A stretch of DNA of 64,000 nucleotides from Sedimentisphaerales bacterium (GCA_963708075.1 OY970194.1:1952001-2016000); one strand, 5' to 3'; positions 18,793 through 29,632 are shown, numbered from the stretch's first letter. Made by a program: numbers and translations. Notes: generated from the letters alone by a model not told the origin.

Positions 18793-20140
18793 TCAATCCA
18801 GACCGTATTGGGCTATCTTCTTGCGCAGCGTCTTGCGGTCGATTCCAAGGATCTGGGCCGCTCGCGTCCTGTTGCCGCCGGCGTTTGCAAGGACATTGCG
18901 CATGTGATCCGCCTCCACCTCGGCCAGGGTCCTGTTCACACCGGTTGTGCGCAGGGCCGAAAATCGGGCGAAGGACGGCAAGTCCGGGACCTCGATGATC
19001 TGCTCATCGTTCATGACAACGATCCGCTGGATCGCGTTCTCCAACTCCCGCGCATTGCCCGGCCAGGCGTAGTTCTGCATCGCTTCCATGGCTTTTTCAG
19101 AGAACCGTGGAACTGCTTTGCCCAGCTCTCCCGCGAACTTCTCCGCAAAGTGACGCACCAACAGGGGAATGTCGCCACCTCTGGCCCGCAGAGGCGGAAC
19201 CTCGATCGTGACAACGTTGATGCGATAGTACAACTCCTCCCGAAACACCCGGCTTTGAATGAGACTCTGCAGGTCCTTGTTCGTGGCGGCGATGATCCTC
19301 ACGTCCACCTTTCTCGCACGCGAGTCGCCCACCATGCGAACCTCCTTGTCCTGAAGCACCCTCAGGAGCTTCACCTGCATGGCGATGCTCGTCTCGCCGA
19401 TCTCGTCGAGGAAGATCGTCCCGCCGTCGGCGGTCTGGAAGAATCCCGCCCGCGACTCGTTGGCGCCGGTGAACGCCCCCTTTACGTACCCGAACAGCTC
19501 GCTCTCCAGCAGGCTCTCCGGGATGCCGCCGCAGTTGACAGGCACAAATGGAGCGGAGGCCCGGGCACTGCTGTAGTGAATCGCCCGCGCCACCAGCTCC
19601 TTGCCGCTGCCGCTTTCCCCCGTGATGAGAACAGTCGCCGAGGTCGAAGACGCCTTGCGTATCGCCGCGAAGACCTTTTGCATCGGCTGGGACTCGCCGA
19701 TGAGAACCGTAGGCGAGCTCCGGCTTCTGAGCAGGGTTTGCCGCCGCCTCGCGCCTCTGCCTGAGCTTGCCCAACACCCGACGCACCGCCGCAAGGAGCT
19801 CGTCCTCGGTGAACGGCTTGGGCACGTACTCCTCGGCCCCGCTCTTCACGGCCTCCACTGCGCTCTCCACGGTCGCGTATCCGGTGATCATCATCACCGC
19901 GGTGTCTCTGTAGTTCTCTCGAATGTGCCGGATCAGGTCGATGCCGCTAATCTTGGGCATTTTAAGGTCGGTAATGACCAGATCAACTAACGTCCCATCG
20001 AGGAGATTCAGGGCGTCGACGGCATTGGGAGCCGTATAGGTCATGTATCCTTCGGCGGTCAGGCTCCTTTGGAGAACCTCCAGCGTACCAGGTGTGTCAT
20101 CGACAACGAGAATCGCCTCTTTCCTGTCAGGTGAATTCAT
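18793..20140 (-). CDS. sigma54-dependent response regulator (REC-AAA+-Fis HTH); 1-nt frameshift at ~19705
   Basis: ILVVDD...TDLKMP receiver domain; [40 protein letters not shown]. Removing one T restores [13 protein letters not shown]. Confidence 0.9.
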
Positions 20141-21309
20141 GATTCCGGCCCGTTCTCCCGATCAGGGGCTGGCTCGATGGGCAATCGAATGGTGAACGTC
20201 GTTCCTTTGCCCGACGTGCTCGCGACCTCAATCGCCCCGCCATGAGAGGTGACGATCCCGTGGACCACGGGCAGGCCCAGACCCGTCCCCTGGTTCACCT
20301 CCTTGGTGGTAAAGAAGGGTACGAACAGCCGGTCCAGAACCTCCTCGGTCATTCCCACTCCCGTGTCTTCGACGCTGCAAACGACGTGCCCATCCTCCAC
20401 ATGTGTCTTTACGACGAGTCTTCCCCCCTCCGGCATGGCTTGAACGGCGTTGACCACCAGATTGACCAGCACCTGCGTCAACTGACCGGCATCGGCGGCC
20501 AGCACGGGCATCTGGGGGCAGAGTACGCAGGACAACTCGATCCCTTCCTTCTCGAAATGGTGCCTGAACAGGTCGATGGCTCCCAAGACAACACTATTGA
20601 TGTCCACGGGTCCCTTGAAGGTAGGCGTCTGCCGCGCGAACAACAGGAGCTTCTTGATGATCTCCCGGGCATGAAGCGAGGCGGTCACAATCTTCTGGAC
20701 ATCCTGCCTCGCGCCCTCCGGCATTCCCGGATCTCGTTTCAGCAACTGGGCAAAACCGAGAATGCTGCTGAGCGGCTCGTTCAGCTCGTGGGCGACGCCT
20801 GCCGCCAACTGCCCGATGGTGGCAAGGCGGTCTGCGTGCATGAGTTGCTTCTGCAGGCCGGCCCTTTCTTCCTCGGCCTCCTGATGTTCCACAATGACGG
20901 CGATCTGTCTGGCGATGGCATCCAGCAGACTCCGCTCGTCCTTCAAGAAAGGCCCCTCATCCAAGTGCGGCCTGTTCTCCGTGTAGATCACCTCGACCAC
21001 GCCTCTGGGTTTGCCGCCCACGACCACTTCGGACGCCTGTCTCTGGCAACCCTCGCTGAAGCCGGGCGTCTCGTATCGCTTACCATCCAGAACGATACGA
21101 GCCGATGCGATCTCCGGGTATTGCCATGCCGGTGGTATCAACTCAGCAATATGCTGAAGCACGTCGTCAGGCGACCCAGTGGAACCCTCGATTATGCGAC
21201 TGACGCGATAAAGGCAACTTAGTTCTTTCGCCCGTTCGCGAAGCGCCAGAGCCGTCTCTTCCCCGTGTTGTGCAACGGTCTGACCTTTACACGCTGCTCG
21301 TTTGCCCAT
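20137..21309 (-). CDS. Soluble sensor histidine kinase (GAF-like input, HisKA, HATPase)
   Basis: GVAHELNEPL H-box; NLVVNAVQA, DTGVG, PFFTTK, GTGLGL; no hydrophobic transmembrane segment; ATGA-type overlap with the regulator. Confidence 0.9.
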   Translation of the reverse strand: MGKRAACKGQTVAQHGEETALALRERAKELSCLYRVSRIIEGSTGSPDDVLQHIAELIPPAWQYPEIASARIVLDGKRYETPGFSEGCQRQASEVVVGGKPRGVVEVIYTENRPHLDEGPFLKDERSLLDAIARQIAVIVEHQEAEEERAGLQKQLMHADRLATIGQLAAGVAHELNEPLSSILGFAQLLKRDPGMPEGARQDVQKIVTASLHAREIIKKLLLFARQTPTFKGPVDINSVVLGAIDLFRHHFEKEGIELSCVLCPQMPVLAADAGQLTQVLVNLVVNAVQAMPEGGRLVVKTHVEDGHVVCSVEDTGVGMTEEVLDRLFVPFFTTKEVNQGTGLGLPVVHGIVTSHGGAIEVASTSGKGTTFTIRLPIEPAPDRENGPES

Positions 21310-21413
21310 CGGAGATCACCCCGTCTATGCAATTCTCGTACGGTTTCCTAACGACGTGTTCAGTCTGATCCTGTCCCTTTCAGATAATCCTATGGGCCAT
21401 GCGGAGTCACTCT

Positions 21414-21442
21414 ATCATAATGGACAGCATCCGAAATAGCAA
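21414..21442 (-). promoter_or_regulatory. sigma70-type promoter for the two-component operon
   Basis: TTGCTA-17 nt-TATGAT on the minus strand. Confidence 0.5.
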
Positions 21443-21726
21443 GCCTCCGTCACCCTGACTCATCCCCAGTTTCGGGTGAGGATTTCTTGTCGGAGGTTCG
21501 ACAGGAGCCATCATAAGGCAGCCAAAGGCCGATGTCGCACCGATTTATCAATGGAAAGAAGGGTGCATTGTCCTGCTCGATTGGTGACTCCCACATTCAG
21601 GCACGCCCACGTCACTTTCAGAGTCGCTCTGCACAACTCCGGACTATTCTTGATAGACTCTTTTGCCCGCAAGCTGCGGCTGGTAGAATCATCCTCTATC
21701 GGTCCTCGATTGTAAGGAGTGGGAAC

Positions 21727-22587
21727 ATGAAAGAGAGTCTGTCAGGGGCGGATAGAAAGGCTCGGGTCTCCCGCCGGGACTTCCTGGGAACAACGGCCGC
21801 AACAGTCTGTCTGGCCGGCGGTGGATCCGCGGGCAGCATGGCCGCAGAGCAGCGGACGATTCAGCCGGAACTGTCTTCTGCCGTCCAGATGCAGTTCCTG
21901 CGGCCGGGCCAGTTGGAGAAGGCCCTCCGCGAGTTCCCGGCGGTCTACGTGCCGTTCGGGCTGATCGAATGGCATGGCCGCCACCTGCCGCTGGGCAATG
22001 ACGCCCTGAAGGCCCACGCGATCCTCGTCAAGACCGCCGAGCAGTTCGGCGGCGTCGTGTACCCGCCCGTATACTTCCATGACGGCTTCCCGCAGGAGTC
22101 GCTCGTGCCGGTCGTGACTGCCCTGTTTCAACGGATTAAGAAGACCGGCGCTCGAGTCATCCTCGGCGTTTCCGGCCACAATGTCCAAGGCCAGATCGAC
22201 ATGATCGACAAGGCCCTGGCCCCGGTCATCGCGGATCAGACCGTGGCCGGCATGGGGCTCTGGGAAATCACGCTCAGCCACGGCCCCGAGTCGGGCACAG
22301 ACCACGCCGCCAAGTGGGAGACATCGAACATGATGTTCCTCTATCCCAGCCTCGTCGATCTGTCCACGCTGGGCGACGGCCCCCTGGCCCCCAATATGAA
22401 GCCGCCCGACGGCATCGGCGGCCAGGACCCTCGCAAATACGCCTCCGCTGAAGTCGGACGACGCAACATCGAGCTTGCCTCGCAGGCGATCGGCAGGAAG
22501 GCGAAGGAGCTTCTCGAATCCCTCCCGCCGGACCAGAGATCATTCAGCATACCTGCGATCAGTCCCGGGAATTGGTGGATGATTTGA
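21727..22587 (+). CDS. Tat-exported creatininase (creatinine amidohydrolase) family protein
   Basis: SRRDFLG signal; PFGLIEWHGRHLPLGND, SGHN and DHAAKWETS metal-binding motifs; AAGGAG RBS. Confidence 0.85.
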   Translation: MKESLSGADRKARVSRRDFLGTTAATVCLAGGGSAGSMAAEQRTIQPELSSAVQMQFLRPGQLEKALREFPAVYVPFGLIEWHGRHLPLGNDALKAHAILVKTAEQFGGVVYPPVYFHDGFPQESLVPVVTALFQRIKKTGARVILGVSGHNVQGQIDMIDKALAPVIADQTVAGMGLWEITLSHGPESGTDHAAKWETSNMMFLYPSLVDLSTLGDGPLAPNMKPPDGIGGQDPRKYASAEVGRRNIELASQAIGRKAKELLESLPPDQRSFSIPAISPGNWWMI

Positions 22588-22623
22588 CGCCTGGTTAGAC
22601 TTCTCCAACGTGGAACTGTGGTC

Positions 22624-23577
22624 ATGAGAAAGATTCGTGTAGCGTCCGTCCAGTTTGAGTCCGCCGCCGGCGACAAGGGAGCGAACCTCGCCAAAATGGA
22701 GAGTTTCCTGCAACGTGCGGCGGCGCAGGGCGTTGAGCTTGTCACATTCCCCGAATGCTGCATCACAGGCTACTGGTTCCTGCGAAATCTGTCGCGCGAG
22801 CAGTTGAGTGCCCTGGCGGAGCTGGTCTTTGATGGGCCGTCATCACAGGCCCTCATGGACCTGGCGAGACGGTACCGCATGACCATCGGGGCGGGCCTCA
22901 TCGAGACCGACGGCGAGCAAATGTATAACACCTATGTGGTCGCGATGCCCAATGGCGAGTTCCAGCGGCACCGGAAGATCCACGCCTTCGTCAACACGCA
23001 CCTGTCGTGCGGATCGCAATTCACGGTGTTCGACACGCCCCTCGGCTGCCGCGCCGCTGTGCTGACCTGCTACGACAACAACATCGGCGAGAACGTCCGG
23101 ATCGTTGCGCTGCAGGGAGCGGAGATCCTGCTGGCCCCACATCAGACCGGCGGCTGCAAAACGCCCAGCCCGGGCTGCATGGGCCTGGTGGACAGATCGC
23201 TGTGGGACAATCGCAAGGCGAACCCCGAGGCCATCGAGGCGGAGTTCAAAGGTCCCAAAGGACGGCAATGGCTCATGACCTGGCTCCCATCCCGGGCTCA
23301 CGACAACGGCTTGTTCCTGATCTTCAGCAACGGCGTCGGCGTGGACGACAACGAGATTCGCACCGGCAACGCCATGATCCTGGACCCGTACGGCCGCGTA
23401 CTCGTGGAAACCTGCAAGGCAGGCGACGATATGGTGATCGCCGATCTCGACCCGGCCCTGCGAGAGAACTGCACCGGCCTGAGGTGGATCAAGACCCGCC
23501 GCCCGGAACTCTACCACCCTCTGACGATCCCGACCGGCCAAGAGAGGGACACCCGAAGCGTCCGCTTCGGCCAGTAG
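22624..23577 (+). CDS. Nitrilase/carbon-nitrogen hydrolase family protein
   Basis: E-K-C triad in FPECCITGY, HRKIH and LTCYDNN; C-terminal RRPELY. Confidence 0.9.
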   Translation: MRKIRVASVQFESAAGDKGANLAKMESFLQRAAAQGVELVTFPECCITGYWFLRNLSREQLSALAELVFDGPSSQALMDLARRYRMTIGAGLIETDGEQMYNTYVVAMPNGEFQRHRKIHAFVNTHLSCGSQFTVFDTPLGCRAAVLTCYDNNIGENVRIVALQGAEILLAPHQTGGCKTPSPGCMGLVDRSLWDNRKANPEAIEAEFKGPKGRQWLMTWLPSRAHDNGLFLIFSNGVGVDDNEIRTGNAMILDPYGRVLVETCKAGDDMVIADLDPALRENCTGLRWIKTRRPELYHPLTIPTGQERDTRSVRFGQ

Positions 23578-23609
23578 CCTCCGAGGAGCAGTTGCGCTAG
23601 TGACGCATT

Positions 23610-25000
23610 CTAACGCTTGAACCCGGCTTGCACCTTCCAGCCCGGATTCTGCGTGCGGCCCTCACACTCGTAGGCGCCCGACATCATAGGGCGCCCTCCT
23701 GACCGCGTCGTTGAAATCCCGCTCGGGGATCGAGACCGCCATCGGCGTGGCCGATCAGGGCTGAATCCGACCTGGGCCAGAAGTCGCTTCTTTCAGGGTC
23801 AGTGAATGTCTCCACCACGGTCATGCCCTCACAGAAACGTACGCTGTCCATGCTCGTACCGAGCAGTCGGCCTTGGACGTAGTTTTCAGACACGATCGCG
23901 TCCATGATCTCCGAAGTATCGATCGCTGTAGCGCTGGGACAATAGACGGCATTGTTGGCGAAGATCATGTTGGTGGTCCCGGACCAGCGAATCAGGGCTC
24001 CTCTGGGACAAGTCACGACCGTGTTGTTCACGATGGTGACATTGCGCATCTCCCGCACGGCGGCGTGAGGAGCTGCCGTAATGCCGGTCGCCGAGCAGTT
24101 GAAGATGATATTGTTCCGTATGGTGGCATCGGAGACCACCTGGATCCCTTCGCCGGCATTCCAAATGCAGTTGCCCTCGACAATGTTGACACCCGGGCCT
24201 GCGCCGTAGACAAAGATGCCCGGATACTGCCGGCCGATGTTGGTATCATGAATCACGTTGTTCCGCACGGTATTCCCATGTGAGCCGGCCTTGATCTCGA
24301 TACCATCATTGCCGCCGTTGCTCGTGCTGCGCAGATGATGGATATAGTTGCCCTCCACGAGCGTGTTGGTCGTGATGCACGAGCCATCATGACAACCAAT
24401 GTACATGCCCTCTCCCTCGGTCGGTCGGGAGGTGCTCAAGCCGGTGTGATGAAGATGGTTTCTTCGAATGACGAAACTGTCACAGTTGCCGCTGTTCATG
24501 GTCAGAGCGTTGTTGCCGGTCCCGAAGACCTCGCAGTCCTCGAACGTGACGTGATGGCCGCGGATGAATCGAACCCCTGAACTGCCGCCCTGAAAGCGTA
24601 TTCCACGGATGACAAGATGGGAGCAGTCGATGAACTCAATGTTGTTGTACCGGTCGATCTGGTCTGCCGGGCGAGTCAGCAAGGGTGCCTCTCCCGGTAT
24701 CGCCCGGATGACGATTGGTGCATCGGCTGTTCCGCTCGCCGTGACGGCCCGACGGGCATTCTGCGAGTACGTTCCGCCGTGCAGGATCAGCACGTCGCCC
24801 GGCTTGAGGCCATTTGCCAGGGTCTCGAACTCCTCCTGGGCATCGGCAGTTGAAGGATAAACCTCGTACGTGGCCCCTTGACAGGTCGGTCCACTCAGCA
24901 CACCCGCGTAGAGGCTTAATAGGGTCAACACACACCCAGTGACCAATGCGGCAGCCACGCTGCGCTGGGAGTTCTCGGGATTCCAATCAGATTGGGCCAT
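23610..25000 (-). CDS. Secreted right-handed parallel beta-helix protein; two apparent 1-nt insertions near the 3' end (~23740, ~23678)
   Basis: LKPGDVLILHGGTY, GEGMYIG, DGIEIKAGS and repeated IRNNII-type strands. Removing two Gs restores ...IPERDFNDAVRRAPYDVGAYE...GFKR*. Confidence 0.75.
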
Positions 25001-25050
25001 CGCAGTCACCCCTAAGTCCGTTCTTCCTGAATCGACCTGACCGAGCACAG

Positions 25051-25205
25051 CAGGGCTATCGCATCTAAATTCGAGCTGGCCCTCTTGGCCCCGAAAACGC
25101 TGATCGGATGGTGGCCAACCTGACATTGCGGTCGTCAATCACCTGAACCAACCTGCGTTTCTGAACAAGGAATCGCGGCTGGCCAATTTAGATGCGATAG
25201 CCCTG
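25051..25205. mobile_element. 155-bp MITE, ISAs1-like ends
   Basis: Perfect 21-bp terminal inverted repeats CAGGGCTATCGCATCTAAATT (25051-71 and 25185-205), flanked by a perfect 10-bp direct repeat CCGAGCACAG (25041-50 and 25206-15); no transposase inside. Confidence 0.9.
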
Positions 25206-25332
25206 CCGAGCACAGTGCCTCATCTTACCACATTCTCACGATCATGGTACAATGGCTGTTTGTTCTGGCTCGGCAATGCTCTGCCGGGCTGTGTGAGAAA
25301 TCGTCACTTGTCGGAACTACGGGAGTGATGTC

Positions 25333-26322
25333 ATGTACGACAATTTGCAGAATGGCGGATCACGTGCAGGTTCTGCTCCGAAGAAGATCCTTATCGCGTT
25401 CGTCGCCACGGCCCTGGTATCAGTCAGCCTTTGCCGGGCGTCCGAGGGTCCCATGCGCATCGTCAAGATGGACGACGGCTATCAGTTCCTTGAGGCCGAC
25501 GCACCGGTCCTTTTCTACCGAACTGTCCCGAAGACAACCGAGGAAGGCACCTACTCCAGGGCCAATTACTGCCATCCCGTTTACGGGCTCGACGGCAAGG
25601 TTCTGACAGAGGATTTCCCCAAAGATCACCCGCACCATCGCGGCATATTCTGGGCCTGGCACCAGGTGTACGTGGGCAACACGCTCATGGGCGATATGTG
25701 GGCGTGTGAGGACTTCACATGGGACATCCACACTGTGCAGATCCTTCAGTCTCGGCAGAACGCTGCCGCCCTAAAGGCCGCTATGTACTGGAAATCCTCA
25801 CGATGGAAAAATGGGTTGGAACCCTTCGCCAAGGAAACCGTCACGATCCGGGTCCACCAGGTCGTAGACGATACACGTCTGATCGATTTCGACATAGAAA
25901 TCCTGGCACTCGAAGAAGGTCTTCGCATCGCCGGCTCCAATGATGTGAAGGGATACGGAGGCTTCTCCACACGCATCGTTCTGCCGGCGGAAATCCGGAT
26001 GAGCGACCCCAACGGGCCGGTTACTCCGAAGAACGAAGCCGTCGCGGCCGGTGACTGGATGAACTTCTCCGGTACATTCGGCAATGCAGCGTCCAATTTC
26101 GCGATTCTGGTCCACCCCTCCAATCCCGGCCATCCTCGCCAATGGATCCTGCGAGCAGCCGGAAGCGCCCAGAACGTGGCATACCCGGGCCGCGAGCCGA
26201 TCCCCATCTCCACCCTGAAGCCGCTCGTGCTCAGATACCGGCTCGTCCTCCACAAGAACGCCAACCTGAATCAGCTTGCCGCTGAGTACGGCGGGATGAA
26301 AACGGAAGACCTCCGCCAGTGA
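25333..26322 (+). CDS. DUF6807 / 'PmoA-family' secreted carbohydrate-related protein
   Basis: Signal peptide; YCHPVY, EDFPKDHPHHRGIFWAW and KGYGGFS motifs. Confidence 0.7.
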   Translation: MYDNLQNGGSRAGSAPKKILIAFVATALVSVSLCRASEGPMRIVKMDDGYQFLEADAPVLFYRTVPKTTEEGTYSRANYCHPVYGLDGKVLTEDFPKDHPHHRGIFWAWHQVYVGNTLMGDMWACEDFTWDIHTVQILQSRQNAAALKAAMYWKSSRWKNGLEPFAKETVTIRVHQVVDDTRLIDFDIEILALEEGLRIAGSNDVKGYGGFSTRIVLPAEIRMSDPNGPVTPKNEAVAAGDWMNFSGTFGNAASNFAILVHPSNPGHPRQWILRAAGSAQNVAYPGREPIPISTLKPLVLRYRLVLHKNANLNQLAAEYGGMKTEDLRQ

Positions 26323-26345
26323 AGGCGAGGCGGCCGGCAAATCCC

Positions 26346-29300
26346 TTACTGAGCGATCTCGTCTATGGCGCCCGCACATCCGCCGTCGGCCGGCCGCCGG
26401 CGTCCTGTGAGGTCGTAGAGGAATGGCCCGTCGAACTCCCATGCGTAGAGTTCATCGATTGTCGTCTTCGAGTCGGCCAGCGTGCCGCGTGCGAGGCGCA
26501 TAAAGTCGATCGCGCCGTTGAGGCTGTGACCCTGCGGCGTACCGCCCGCGTATAGGTCGGCGTCATTGGCCAGGGAGGCATCCGGCCCGAGGCCACGGCC
26601 CCCGGCGTCTTGCTTACCGTCGATGTAGATGGTGAACGTTCTCGCCTGGCGGTCAGCCTCCGCGATGATATGGTGCCACTGGCCATCATTGATGGGCCTG
26701 CGGCTGGCCAGGCTGACAGTGGCATCGCCCGATTTCGCCGTCAGGGTCACGCCGCCGGCGTTGTTGACGCCCAGGGCCCACCCGGCGCCGTCGATCTTCT
26801 GAATCAGCGTCGCATCTATCTGTCCCGGCGCCGTCTTGAAGTAGACCTCAATGAGGAAGTTCGAGGTGTAGACCTGCGGGTTACTCAGGTCCGCGCCGCT
26901 AACGGTACGGTTCCGGCTCTCGTTGCCTCGCCCTGTGGTCAGGGTGACGGTGCGGTCGATATCCTCCTGTGTCAGGACGGCATACTGGTCGCTCCCGTTG
27001 AAGCGCAGGGCGCCCGTGGTCCAATTCTCCAGCGGGCCATTCTGGTAGTCCTTCAGGGTGATGTTGACGCCCTGGAGCGGATATGTGGGGAGCCTGTAGT
27101 AGTTGTCCCGGCCAGTGTAGTAGGGAGACATGCACCAGTGCTCGTCCAGGATGCGCGTCGGATCGCCTGGGATGGGGTAAAAGTTCCACTCACCGACCGT
27201 CTCGTAGAGGCTCCACGGCACGAAGACTCTCGCGCCTTGGCCGCGGGCCGCCGAGTTGGCGGAGGGCCGGAAGTCGTGAGCGGCCGGATCGCGTAGAGGC
27301 GATTGTTCGGCCATGATGCCCACTGTCGCAGCCAGCGGCTGGTAGCTCTCCAGGGCTTCCCGGAACGCCTGGAGCGTCTCGTGCCACCGCCCCGAGGGCT
27401 CGAAGACGCCGAAGCTTTCCCCCACGTCGTAGAAGACGTTACGGGCATAGGCATCCGTGTCGATCGCGTACTGCTCCTGGCGAGGACCGGCGTGGGCCTC
27501 GTTGCCGGCGGCCTCGGTCTTCGCCGGGTCGGCGTCGCGGAAGACGCGCAGGCCCATGCTTTGCCAGATGTTGCCCAGGAACTTGATGCGGCCGGCCTGA
27601 GGTTCCTGCCGGCGCGAGCCACGCACGAAGTTGTAGATGGTGTTGTTGAAGAATGTGTTCTGATAACTGATGATCTCCTGGAAGGCCGACGTGTTGGCCA
27701 GTTTGCCAGACGGACCTTTGGACTTGCCCCAGGCGATATTATTGAAGTGGTAATTCTTGAACGCCCCGTCCAGGTAATAGGCGTGGCCGAAGCGGTCCTC
27801 TGTATCGGGGCTCAGCACATGGTCCCAGTTGCGGTAGCCGCCGGGGTTGCCCGAGATGTTGTCATAGACGTACGCCGGACCGCCCTGCCAGGTCTCGATG
27901 CCGCCGAAGTCGTCGTTGTTCAGCAGCGTATCGACGGCCCTATTGTGGTGGATGATAATGCGGGTGAAGGGACGATCCGTGGCCGCACCGCTCGGCTTGG
28001 CGCCGTGGACATCGATCCCCTGGGCGCAGACCCGATCGAAGATGTTCCCCGCCACCTCCGCCGTCTGGGCGAACTTGACCACCAGCGCCCCGCCCTGGCC
28101 GAAGAGGTCGGGACGGATGCCAATGTGGTCGAACCTGTTCCGCATCACGCGGACATCGTAGAGGCGACCGGTCGGCTGGTCCACGTCCCCGTAGGTCGTG
28201 CCGTCCGTGAGTTCCACGCCTCCGGCGTCCGCCTCGGAGAACACGTTGTCCTCGACCACAACGTGGTCGATGGCGTCCTGTGGGCCCATGGCTTTCAGGC
28301 GGACACCCCTGTGGACGTGCTCGAACGTGCAGTTCGTCACCTGGAGACCCACGCCGCTGCCCAGCAGGCGCACGCAGCCGGGTTCCACATCGATGCTCTC
28401 ATGGGAGACCCAGTACGGTGCGGCAGTCAGGTTCCAATAGATGTTGGTGAAACGAAACGTCAACCCGCGGACGTGCACGTGACTCATGCCCCGGCTGTCA
28501 ATCATGCGGATGCGTTTGGCCACCTCGACGCGGGCCGTATTTGGGTCCTGGTCGCCGGGCAGGCGGAGATAGAGCCGGCCGCCGGTGCCCTTTTTCTCGA
28601 ACCAGAACTCGCCCGGGCTGTCCAGGTAATGGGGCTTATCTTCCAGATAGTAGCGGCAGCCGCGGATGATCTTGTAGGATGGTGCTCCGCCCCACTGGCA
28701 GGGGAAAGTCAGCGAGCCGCCGGCGCGGTCCACGGCCAAGACCTTGGCTTGGAACGGGCTGCCCATCACCCAGCCCTTGGTGGTCCAGACGATGGCGCCC
28801 TCGTAATAATCCTGCGGCCGGCTCTCGTTGATATGCTCCTTGTCGAACGCCAGGTGCCGCCGCTGGCCGTTGATGGTGGCGTAATTGTCAAACGGCTTGT
28901 CGGGGTTCTTCCACGTCCACCACTCGCTCTGAATGTCGTCCAGGTCGGTGATCGTCCAGTTCGGCGTGCGAGCCAGAGCGATGCGCCTCACGGCGCCGTC
29001 CCGGTCCACCATCCAGACATTGCGCGGCGTCCAGGAGAGGTCCACGTACCAGACCTTCTGTGGCTCCGGGATGACCGGGTTGTCGGCCCCCTTCTTCCAG
29101 CCCGTCACCGCCTCCGAGCCGCAGATGACGGCCGGCCCCGTGCCCCAGGACGGGTCCCGGGTCAGGAGGATGGGGGCCGCTTCGGCGCCTGACTCATTCG
29201 CCTCCATCTGGCCGCGATAGACGACACCTTGCTTGAAGACGTAGGTGTGCACGCCCTGACAGGCCTTCGCCTGGCCGGTGGCGTCGGGGTCCCAGGGGTG

Positions 29301-29573
29301 GTGCTTCCAGGGTGTCTGCTTCGAGAGGCCGTCGTTGGCGTCGTAGCCGGACTCGAAGTCGATGTAGCGGATTGACTCGCCCGCCTTGAATGCGAATGGC
29401 CGCGGTGCCCACTCCAGGTCGCCGGTCGGCAACGCCTTCGCCTGCGGCTCCTGCCAGGACCACCGGGCGGCTGCGTCACTTGCACCGGCGCTCGTGGACC
29501 CGACACCCGGCAGCACGGCGGCGCCAATAAAGGCCTGCATTGTGATGAGGCAGACAAGTGTTCGGTGTCTCAT
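26346..29573 (-). CDS. Large secreted beta-helix protein with C-terminal LamG/ConA domain
   Basis: Signal peptide; YIDFESGYDANDGLSKQTPWKH, LARTPN, LDSPGEFW, DFGGIE; C-terminal INDGQWHHI...IYIDG...GAIDFMR. Confidence 0.75.
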   Translation of the reverse strand: MRHRTLVCLITMQAFIGAAVLPGVGSTSAGASDAAARWSWQEPQAKALPTGDLEWAPRPFAFKAGESIRYIDFESGYDANDGLSKQTPWKHHPWDPDATGQAKACQGVHTYVFKQGVVYRGQMEANESGAEAAPILLTRDPSWGTGPAVICGSEAVTGWKKGADNPVIPEPQKVWYVDLSWTPRNVWMVDRDGAVRRIALARTPNWTITDLDDIQSEWWTWKNPDKPFDNYATINGQRRHLAFDKEHINESRPQDYYEGAIVWTTKGWVMGSPFQAKVLAVDRAGGSLTFPCQWGGAPSYKIIRGCRYYLEDKPHYLDSPGEFWFEKKGTGGRLYLRLPGDQDPNTARVEVAKRIRMIDSRGMSHVHVRGLTFRFTNIYWNLTAAPYWVSHESIDVEPGCVRLLGSGVGLQVTNCTFEHVHRGVRLKAMGPQDAIDHVVVEDNVFSEADAGGVELTDGTTYGDVDQPTGRLYDVRVMRNRFDHIGIRPDLFGQGGALVVKFAQTAEVAGNIFDRVCAQGIDVHGAKPSGAATDRPFTRIIIHHNRAVDTLLNNDDFGGIETWQGGPAYVYDNISGNPGGYRNWDHVLSPDTEDRFGHAYYLDGAFKNYHFNNIAWGKSKGPSGKLANTSAFQEIISYQNTFFNNTIYNFVRGSRRQEPQAGRIKFLGNIWQSMGLRVFRDADPAKTEAAGNEAHAGPRQEQYAIDTDAYARNVFYDVGESFGVFEPSGRWHETLQAFREALESYQPLAATVGIMAEQSPLRDPAAHDFRPSANSAARGQGARVFVPWSLYETVGEWNFYPIPGDPTRILDEHWCMSPYYTGRDNYYRLPTYPLQGVNITLKDYQNGPLENWTTGALRFNGSDQYAVLTQEDIDRTVTLTTGRGNESRNRTVSGADLSNPQVYTSNFLIEVYFKTAPGQIDATLIQKIDGAGWALGVNNAGGVTLTAKSGDATVSLASRRPINDGQWHHIIAEADRQARTFTIYIDGKQDAGGRGLGPDASLANDADLYAGGTPQGHSLNGAIDFMRLARGTLADSKTTIDELYAWEFDGPFLYDLTGRRRPADGGCAGAIDEIAQ

Positions 29574-29632
29574 AAGACTATGACTCCCTGTATCAGAGCA
29601 TCTTGATCGCACAGGACATATCGATACAGAGG

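Noticed and set aside
25333..26322. Particulate methane monooxygenase
   Set aside because: Soluble secreted protein; the 'PmoA family' label for this domain does not imply pMMO, and no pmoB or pmoC is present.
27303..29192. Long antisense or alternative-frame ORFs (629 aa here; also 58387-59952, 62729-63970, 8921-10114)
   Set aside because: They overlap well-supported genes and lack motifs; expected in high-GC DNA.
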